From positions 1 to 64,000 of IMG/VR virus record IMGVR_UViG_3300029349_000001: a DNA stretch of 64,000 bases, one strand, 5' to 3'. The first letter of the stretch is position 1; every line of letters begins with the position of its first letter. Origin of the DNA: a virus. A program made the position numbers and the translations under genes. Below, in pieces: positions 57,296-64,000 of this stretch. Under the pieces are notes generated by a model that made no database searches, was not told the DNA's origin, and saw only the letters and a program-made list of their open reading frames with translations.

Positions 57296-60200
57296 ATGAC
57301 ACAAATTTATACATCTAATACTGTTTTAGTCAAAGCAAAAGCGCCTATTGTTAATTTTTCTGAAGGCGACTCCGCGACATTAGTAGCTGATATTAGTATT
57401 ATATGGATCAACCCAAGCTCGGCACAAAGGTTTTTGACTCATAAATGGCAAGAGTCCAATGACGGAGGAGTAACCTGGAGAGATATTAGCTCAGGTATTG
57501 CGGACCATCCACTATCAACAAATAATATAGCTCCAACCAAAACCGTATCTTTGCTCGATAATCAACTTGCAGATCTAGAATTATCAGAGTTTAATATTGC
57601 CAAAACTAAGCCAATAGTAGCTTCTCTCACCATCGATAACGTACTATTAAGTCAAGATAATTATTTATACAGATGCATAGTGTTGTTATATAACAATGAT
57701 ATTAATACAATTGAGAGTGCTGGTACTAGTGAAAATATTTTCCTCAATATTTCAGAGAAAAAAACAGGTCATTTATTACCTAATTTTGATATTCCTTGGG
57801 ATCCTATGAATCCTCGTGGAGTAATCAAATCTGGAAATCTTAAGTTTGATCAAAACACTAAGATAGAGTTATTTAAGCTTACAAAAGATGCTTGTGGTTC
57901 TCAGTGGAGAATTATAGAGGTAGGCTATGGAACTCAGTATATCAACGGCAATATCACTAATGGTATGCCAGTAGGCTTACCCAAAACTTATGGCCCCAAC
58001 GATCAAACATATCCGGGCTATATGGAATTACAGTTTTATTGTAATAATAGTTGGGTAACACAGGAATCTTGGATATCTTTAGTGGGCAATGATGAACACG
58101 TATTTGAAAAATATGGACCAATATCTCCAGTAACCGTATCTATCAACGGAGAAGCTTTAGTTAGTCAAACATCTTTAGGTACGAAAGATAATCCTTTAGT
58201 TATTAAACCAACACCCGGTGCAACAGGAGGTTCGTCTCTAGATGTTACTGGTGTTTCAGATAATAGCACCGTATCTGTATCATGGAATGGAACAGCCCTA
58301 GGGTATAGTAACACATTAGGTATCCAACAAGCTGGAACACAAACCATAACCGTACCATCATCCTTCGTTCTGCCTGTACAAGTTACTATTACAGGAGGAT
58401 GTGATGATGACTTGGTAGTTAATGGTCAGGTTATTAATCAGAATAATTTAGCTGATAATGTTAACTATACTTTTACTTGTGAGACCAGAACATTTACTGT
58501 AAGTGTTTACAATGCTATGGCTGGCGGTACTGCTTATGACTATAATATTTCTTTTGCTGGGACTCAAAGCGCTAATAGTGCTGTTTCCGCTATTAGGTCT
58601 GACACTACTAATATTTTAACAATATCACAAGCTTCAGAAACTAAAAATGTAAGTGTTAATAGCAATAATAATAATTGGACCGAGGCTGGTATTAATGTAC
58701 AAGAAGGATCTAGACTGTTTATATCTGCTACTGGCAGCATACAGTGGTCTACTAATAATTTTAGCAGTCCTTCTGGTGTTGGTTCTGGTAATGCTGTTTT
58801 ATATAGCGGCATTCCCCAATCAGCTTTAGTTGGAAGAATAGGAACAACTGGAACGCCATTTTATATAGGAGATTACTATAATAGCTTTGCTAATGGTAGT
58901 GGTCCTCTATTCTTGTCTGTCAATGATAGTAATAAGAATGATAATTCTGGATCATATGCGTCTATCATAAAATATGCAACACCAGATCCTTTGGGCATTA
59001 AAGTTACAACATTGAATTCTGAGCCTTATGATTCTACCATTCAAGACCTAGATTTTTCCAAGGTGAGCTTATTATTAAAATCCGATAATGACTCATTAAA
59101 TGATGTTTCGGCCAAGCCAAAATCTTTTACTAGTACCAACGTTAGTTTTAGTAGTCAGATAAATACTTTTGGTGGTTATTCTGCATACTATGGAGACAGT
59201 GGATATTCTGTAGCTAATTCCGATAGTTCTCTAGGATTCTCTGGTGATTTTACTATTGAAGGATGGTTTTATTTCTCTAAGAATAATGTTGGATACCAGG
59301 GTTTAGTTTCCACATATAGAACCGGAGACATTAGTGGATGGATATTGGTTTTAGAGAGTAATAACACTTTAAGATTTTACGCTACTAATGCTAATATTAC
59401 TTGGTATTGGCCCCTATCTATATCTTCTAATTATACTCCGCCAACAGAGAAATGGACATATATTGTTGTACAAAGACTTGGTTCCTCTGTGAAGATGTTT
59501 GCTGATGGAGTAGAAGTTGGATCAACTTCTAATAATCTGGATATAACAAGCGGCTCCAAGATAGAAGTAGGCGGTTATCAATACTTTCCGGGTGGACGTA
59601 GATCATTACAAGGATATGTTGACGAAGTTAGAATTACTAAAGGATTGGCCAGATATCCACAGAGCAACCCGCCACTACCAAACAAACCCTTTCCGAAACG
59701 ATCATATAGTGCTACACAAATAATAGATATCTCTGGTAGTCAGAAATCAGCCACTCCAGTATACGATAGTAACGGAAATTTTCTTTACTACGAATTTAAC
59801 TCCAAGAATAGTTACATAGGTCCGTACAACGAGCCTGGACAGCTTAGTTTGGTTTATGGGTATGTTTCTGGCTCTCCGATAGTCGCACAGACACCGGCAG
59901 AAGGATATTTCCAAGCTTTTGATGGCAGTGATAGATATTTCAGAAAACTTGGGGTTTATGATTTAGATTGCTGTTATATGGGTGGCTACACACCAGATGA
60001 CGGATACTATATATTATCCAGGAGAGCTGACGGTCAGTATGTAGTATCAGAAAGCGTTAGATGGTATGCTGCTAATGGATATGCTGTTGGAACCATAGTG
60101 CCATATCCTCCTCAAATTAATCAAGTAGGAGATAATGGACATCCTAATAATAGCGCATCATGGAGATCGTGGAGTTGGAGTAATTCGTGCTGTAATAATG

Positions 60201-61654
60201 ATGGTACTAAAAATTATTTTGAATTAACAGATGAGGTTCTCACCCCATTAACCCCAACACCTACTGTTACTCCAACAAGTATAACACCAACACCCACTCC
60301 TACAGTAACATCAACGGTAACAGCAACACCAACCATTACTCCGTCTGTTACCACTTCATCTTTACCTCCTGCTTTTGATACTCTATATAGTGATGTTGTA
60401 TTATTGATGAATATGTCTGGAACTAATAATAGTAAAAATATTATTGATTCATCATTATTGAATAATACTATTGTTGCTACTGGTAATGCTGCTATTTCTA
60501 CCTCTCAAAGCAGATTCGGAGGATCAAGTCTATTAGTACCAGAAGCAACATCTAGTCGCAATGCAATATATTTGTCAGCTTCTAATAATTTTAATTTTGG
60601 TTCTGGTAATTTTTCTGTAGAATTTTGGCTTAGACAGAACAGCACTCCGCAATCTGGTTCTCGCGTGTTTCAAACTAGCGAAAACAACGATACTACTTCT
60701 GGTGTGGATATTTATTATCCAACCAATAGTAATTCTTTATTAGCAAAACTATCAGATAATAGTAATAATACTGTGGTATTATCTATGGGGGCCACAGATA
60801 CATCAGTGTGGAATCATTATGCTCTAGTAAGAAATAACCACAATATCATTACATATAGAAATGGTGTTCAGGTAGCCTCGCAATATGCAGTAATGAATTT
60901 ATCAAACTCTTCTGGTAATGTGGTTATCGGAGGCAATGCTACAACCGGTCCAAATAGATCAATTAATGCTTACATAGATGACATGAGAGTTACTAAGGCG
61001 TCAAGATATACTAGTAATTTTACTAGTCCGGTATTTCAGTTAGTTAATGCTGGACCGCCAGTTACTCCATCAAATACTGCAACTCCAACCAATACGCCCA
61101 CAGTCACAGTCACACCAACATTAACAGCATCAAATACTCCTACACCTACTGTTAGTGCAAGTGTAGGATTTATATCATCGCCAACACCCACTTCCACAGT
61201 AACTTCTACGGCGACACCAACCTCTTCGCCTCCAGCGCCGCAAGCGTTAACATTTTCTGCTCTTCAGGCTGGGTGTGACCCAAGATGGCAGCTAGGCAAT
61301 ATTCCAGCCAATACCACATCTTTAAGATTGACCTCTTCTGGTTCACATCGCGGTGGTGCGTTTAGTAATATTGTGTCAACATTCCCGATTGATACTAATA
61401 GTACACAAATTATAACTGGTCCTACGAATAACTCTTGGAGTATACATATTTCCCACTTCGGAGCCTCTTTGCCGGGTGGTTCGGCTCCCGGAGCATCCAT
61501 AAGAGGATATTTTGATACCGGGACGCGGGAGGGCAGCAATTTTTGGAATACGGAACACAACTTTACGGCAAGAATAGAAGCGCTAGATGTGAGCAATAAT
61601 GTGATAGGCATTATAAACAATACTAGTTGGATTAAAGACGATTGCGACGACTAA
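57296..61654 (+). CDS. Multidomain adhesin: Ig, LecA/PA-IL-like and two LamG domains, PT linkers
   Basis: HKWQES.DGG..W...YRC; ALVGRIG...LFLSVND...DNSG; GYVDEVRITKG; AYIDDMRVTK. Confidence 0.75.
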   Translation: MTQIYTSNTVLVKAKAPIVNFSEGDSATLVADISIIWINPSSAQRFLTHKWQESNDGGVTWRDISSGIADHPLSTNNIAPTKTVSLLDNQLADLELSEFNIAKTKPIVASLTIDNVLLSQDNYLYRCIVLLYNNDINTIESAGTSENIFLNISEKKTGHLLPNFDIPWDPMNPRGVIKSGNLKFDQNTKIELFKLTKDACGSQWRIIEVGYGTQYINGNITNGMPVGLPKTYGPNDQTYPGYMELQFYCNNSWVTQESWISLVGNDEHVFEKYGPISPVTVSINGEALVSQTSLGTKDNPLVIKPTPGATGGSSLDVTGVSDNSTVSVSWNGTALGYSNTLGIQQAGTQTITVPSSFVLPVQVTITGGCDDDLVVNGQVINQNNLADNVNYTFTCETRTFTVSVYNAMAGGTAYDYNISFAGTQSANSAVSAIRSDTTNILTISQASETKNVSVNSNNNNWTEAGINVQEGSRLFISATGSIQWSTNNFSSPSGVGSGNAVLYSGIPQSALVGRIGTTGTPFYIGDYYNSFANGSGPLFLSVNDSNKNDNSGSYASIIKYATPDPLGIKVTTLNSEPYDSTIQDLDFSKVSLLLKSDNDSLNDVSAKPKSFTSTNVSFSSQINTFGGYSAYYGDSGYSVANSDSSLGFSGDFTIEGWFYFSKNNVGYQGLVSTYRTGDISGWILVLESNNTLRFYATNANITWYWPLSISSNYTPPTEKWTYIVVQRLGSSVKMFADGVEVGSTSNNLDITSGSKIEVGGYQYFPGGRRSLQGYVDEVRITKGLARYPQSNPPLPNKPFPKRSYSATQIIDISGSQKSATPVYDSNGNFLYYEFNSKNSYIGPYNEPGQLSLVYGYVSGSPIVAQTPAEGYFQAFDGSDRYFRKLGVYDLDCCYMGGYTPDDGYYILSRRADGQYVVSESVRWYAANGYAVGTIVPYPPQINQVGDNGHPNNSASWRSWSWSNSCCNNDGTKNYFELTDEVLTPLTPTPTVTPTSITPTPTPTVTSTVTATPTITPSVTTSSLPPAFDTLYSDVVLLMNMSGTNNSKNIIDSSLLNNTIVATGNAAISTSQSRFGGSSLLVPEATSSRNAIYLSASNNFNFGSGNFSVEFWLRQNSTPQSGSRVFQTSENNDTTSGVDIYYPTNSNSLLAKLSDNSNNTVVLSMGATDTSVWNHYALVRNNHNIITYRNGVQVASQYAVMNLSNSSGNVVIGGNATTGPNRSINAYIDDMRVTKASRYTSNFTSPVFQLVNAGPPVTPSNTATPTNTPTVTVTPTLTASNTPTPTVSASVGFISSPTPTSTVTSTATPTSSPPAPQALTFSALQAGCDPRWQLGNIPANTTSLRLTSSGSHRGGAFSNIVSTFPIDTNSTQIITGPTNNSWSIHISHFGASLPGGSAPGASIRGYFDTGTREGSNFWNTEHNFTARIEALDVSNNVIGIINNTSWIKDDCDD

Positions 61655-61655
61655 T

Positions 61656-62054
61656 ATGAGAACACTATCAACCATACCACTTAGGAGCAATAAGCACTGC
61701 CGCCGTCTTGATGCTCCAGATTTCTTGTTTGAAAAACCACTTACTGGAGGATTTGAATATCAAAAAGGAGACCAACAACAATGGCACACTAATTGGAGCA
61801 ATCCCGGAGCAAGATGTTATTTGGTTTGGAGTGAAACGGGGGACAGCGGTATGAGATTTATATTAAATGGAGAAGTCTGGACAAGCCAAGATCTTCCTGG
61901 CTGGCAATATAGAATATTTAATATACCACAACCTCATTGTGTATTTGCAAATTGTCATCGTAAAAGTTTTGGCTGGTGGGTTCCGCACACAGACAAAGAA
62001 ATACTCTTACCAATAGGACTTAAAAATGCTGAAGATGTACTACAGTTTGCCTAA
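61656..62054 (+). CDS. Hypothetical protein
   Basis: 132 aa, starts 1 bp after the previous stop codon. Confidence 0.6.
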   Translation: MRTLSTIPLRSNKHCRRLDAPDFLFEKPLTGGFEYQKGDQQQWHTNWSNPGARCYLVWSETGDSGMRFILNGEVWTSQDLPGWQYRIFNIPQPHCVFANCHRKSFGWWVPHTDKEILLPIGLKNAEDVLQFA

Positions 62055-62595
62055 CGGAAAGAGCTTTGCTCACGTTAGCAGAAGTTGCACAAGCACATTA
62101 GCCGCTCATGCTTTAAAAAACTTTTGGCCAGAAAAGTATGAACAGTTTATCCAACAAGAAAATAGTGCTAACTCTCCACAAACCTTTATGCAAGAAACTT
62201 GGGCTAGTAGGTTGGCCCCACATTGTTTGGTGATGGTTAGAAATCCTATAGATAGACTAAATAGCCTAATTTCTAGAAACCTATACCCCCTAGAGACGGT
62301 AGAAGCTGTTTTGTCCGCTTGTCATAGATGTTTAATCACGACCAGAGATGTATCAAAAACAATAGATATTGTTAAATTTCATCATATTTCTCCAGTGTGT
62401 TGGATTGCTGATAATGATAGTACTTTCTGTTTATTTCCAGACGTTAAAAAAGCATGTGCAATGTTGGATATGGAATATTATCCGGACATTCATGAGAATG
62501 CACTGCAAAATCAACGCAATGAACATATTCCCAACGAATGGATGTCTTATCTACAAGATAGCATAGGGTTGTGGGAAGCCCTAAGTAAAAATTGA
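62026..62595 (+). CDS. Sulfotransferase-family-like protein
   Basis: FAHVSRSCTSTL (5'-PSB-like), VMVRNPIDRLNS (3'-PB-like), later HEN motif. Confidence 0.6.
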   Translation: MLKMYYSLPNGKSFAHVSRSCTSTLAAHALKNFWPEKYEQFIQQENSANSPQTFMQETWASRLAPHCLVMVRNPIDRLNSLISRNLYPLETVEAVLSACHRCLITTRDVSKTIDIVKFHHISPVCWIADNDSTFCLFPDVKKACAMLDMEYYPDIHENALQNQRNEHIPNEWMSYLQDSIGLWEALSKN

Positions 62596-62647
62596 TATAT
62601 AATAATTAATGGGTCAATTGCTGATTGGTTTTACAAAAGGAGTAATT

Positions 62648-62664
62648 GGTGTATTTCTTTATAG
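62648..62664 (+). promoter_or_regulatory. Candidate late promoter (GGTGTA)
   Basis: 39 bp before ATG 62687. Confidence 0.55.
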
Positions 62665-62686
62665 TCATAAACTTTAGAGGTGTGTA

Positions 62687-63454
62687 ATGTTATTATCAAA
62701 TTCTAGTCAGCCATATTTATATAATGATAACAATGTATCTCGTATATTATATTGTTGTGCTGATCATGCTATAGATTTAAATTATGGTGGCTCAATATAT
62801 ACTATCAGACCATGGAAAATTAAATTATTAGATTTAAGTAACAACACCAGCGTTCTAGTACCCACAGTATCTTATGACGAGCAATATGGTAGAGTCGCCC
62901 TAGAGTGTAATCCTCATATAGTTATTAGTAATTCTATTGTTAAATTATATTATACTGTTGGCTTTATGAAAAGTGATGATAGTCCCATAATTTATTATTT
63001 ATGCTCTATGACAGCAGATAATTTGTCATTAACTAATTTAACAGACTTTACTGTTATACAAAAAACATTTAGCGGCACATTTCTTACAGACAGCGAATTA
63101 TTATTTGTAGATAAAATTTATGGCAAAGATACTCTAGTTCGCAAAACTATAGGATCTACTAATGGTAGTCTAGTGCCGGTTGATACTATGTCTTTAGAAG
63201 AAATATTAAGAGTAACTAGAACATTCGATACTAATCAAATAATTATTACTGGTAAAACATCACAAAAAACATATGTGTCATATTTATTAAATAATGATCT
63301 TAGCATAGATAAAAAAATTAATAACTCTTATGGTATGGATATTTATAAGTGTAGTATATTAAATAACGTATTGGCCTATACTGTGCGTAACGAGTCCTAT
63401 AATAAGGAAGATGTAGAGAGTAGGAGTATAGTAGTTGAAAATATTGTTAATTAA
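62687..63454 (+). CDS. Hypothetical beta-rich protein
   Basis: 255 aa, GAGG RBS, preceded by the GGTGTA motif. Confidence 0.65.
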   Translation: MLLSNSSQPYLYNDNNVSRILYCCADHAIDLNYGGSIYTIRPWKIKLLDLSNNTSVLVPTVSYDEQYGRVALECNPHIVISNSIVKLYYTVGFMKSDDSPIIYYLCSMTADNLSLTNLTDFTVIQKTFSGTFLTDSELLFVDKIYGKDTLVRKTIGSTNGSLVPVDTMSLEEILRVTRTFDTNQIIITGKTSQKTYVSYLLNNDLSIDKKINNSYGMDIYKCSILNNVLAYTVRNESYNKEDVESRSIVVENIVN

Positions 63455-63460
63455 GCTTGT

Positions 63461-63474
63461 GGTGTATTCTATAG
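63461..63474 (+). promoter_or_regulatory. Candidate late promoter (GGTGTA)
   Basis: 43 bp before ATG 63504. Confidence 0.55.
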
Positions 63475-63503
63475 TGATTACTATATTATAGGAGATAAAT
63501 TAT

Positions 63504-63743
63504 ATGGCCAATCCGGATTTAAAAGTTACTTTTCCAGATGGAAATATTAAGCGCTTAGAAAACAGCCAATGTGCCTGTCCGAATATGCTCAGTGTGGTAG
63601 TTAATAACATGGTTGTTGGTAAAAAATATACTGTTTTTATTAATAACTTAAATAATACTCCCGTTAGAACATTTCCTAGTAGTTATAGTTTCGTTGCTGA
63701 AAGCGCCAATAAGACACTAGCTTTTTATTATCAGTTTAGTTAA
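63504..63743 (+). CDS. N-terminal part of a Cys-capped beta-sandwich domain
   Basis: 79 aa; LSVVVNNMVVGKKYTVFINNL aligns with LTLYVSNLLVGHRYFCTITDL of 36492; AGGAG RBS. Confidence 0.7.
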   Translation: MANPDLKVTFPDGNIKRLENSQCACPNMLSVVVNNMVVGKKYTVFINNLNNTPVRTFPSSYSFVAESANKTLAFYYQFS

Positions 63744-63784
63744 TATTGGTGCCGAGGATTATAATTTTATAGGACATCAATACA

Positions 63785-64000
63785 ATGCCATATGCCCTGA
63801 ATACTAATACTGGTTCCGACGCTGTAGAATTTTCAGCTCAAACAACAACAAACAAACCAGTATCAATTTTATTCAATGGTTCTGGCATTCATACCATCTC
63901 TGGTCCAGTACCTCTAGTTGATATTTCTAAAACATATAATAGAACTAGTGCTGGAGAAATAGAGAGCGTTCTTAATACTATTACCTTAACTGGTAAAATT
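63785..64000 (+). CDS. Truncated ORF, possibly a distal tail/baseplate protein
   Basis: Manual translation MPYALNTNTGSDAVEF...GPVPLVDISKTYNR...TITLTGKI, open to the window end; AGGA RBS. Confidence 0.55.
   Translation, partial: MPYALNTNTGSDAVEFSAQTTTNKPVSILFNGSGIHTISGPVPLVDISKTYNRTSAGEIESVLNTITLTGKI

Noticed and set aside
43585-61654. Stop-codon reassignment, read-through or introns joining the split genes
   Set aside because: Successive ORFs are in different frames, end in TAA or TGA, have gaps of only 4-46 bp, and mostly have their own RBS or promoter motif. The standard code already gives dense coding.

Overview
The window is the AT-rich, all-plus-strand virion structural region of a large tailed phage; no RNA genes, CRISPR array, integrase or reverse transcriptase are visible. 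Gene order: fibre/adhesin genes (41-14008), probable head-completion/neck/tail-terminator genes (14471-18246), probable tail tube (18351), two paralogous chaperone-like genes, a 4347-aa tape measure protein (TMP, 21973-35016), then about 27 kb of Pro/Thr-linked multidomain appendage genes (35068-61654), a sulfotransferase-like gene and a truncated ORF. Three things stand out. (1) The TMP appears to carry enzyme cargo (two PD-(D/E)xK-like domains, a P-loop kinase, a HIGH-family nucleotidyltransferase and a HAD phosphatase) separated by recurrent (F/Y/A)-x-x-GG motifs. (2) Several appendage genes break in the middle of a fold that another gene completes: a 7-blade RCC1 propeller split 2+5, an Ig domain split AB/C-G, and a beta-sandwich split between genes 22 kb apart. 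(3) Domains are repeatedly inserted inside other domains, including a 7-unit repeat whose halves parse as a balanced binary tree. A candidate late promoter (RGYGTA plus AT-rich tail) precedes nine genes. All domain calls come from reading motifs by eye, not from database searches, and sub-gene coordinates are approximate.
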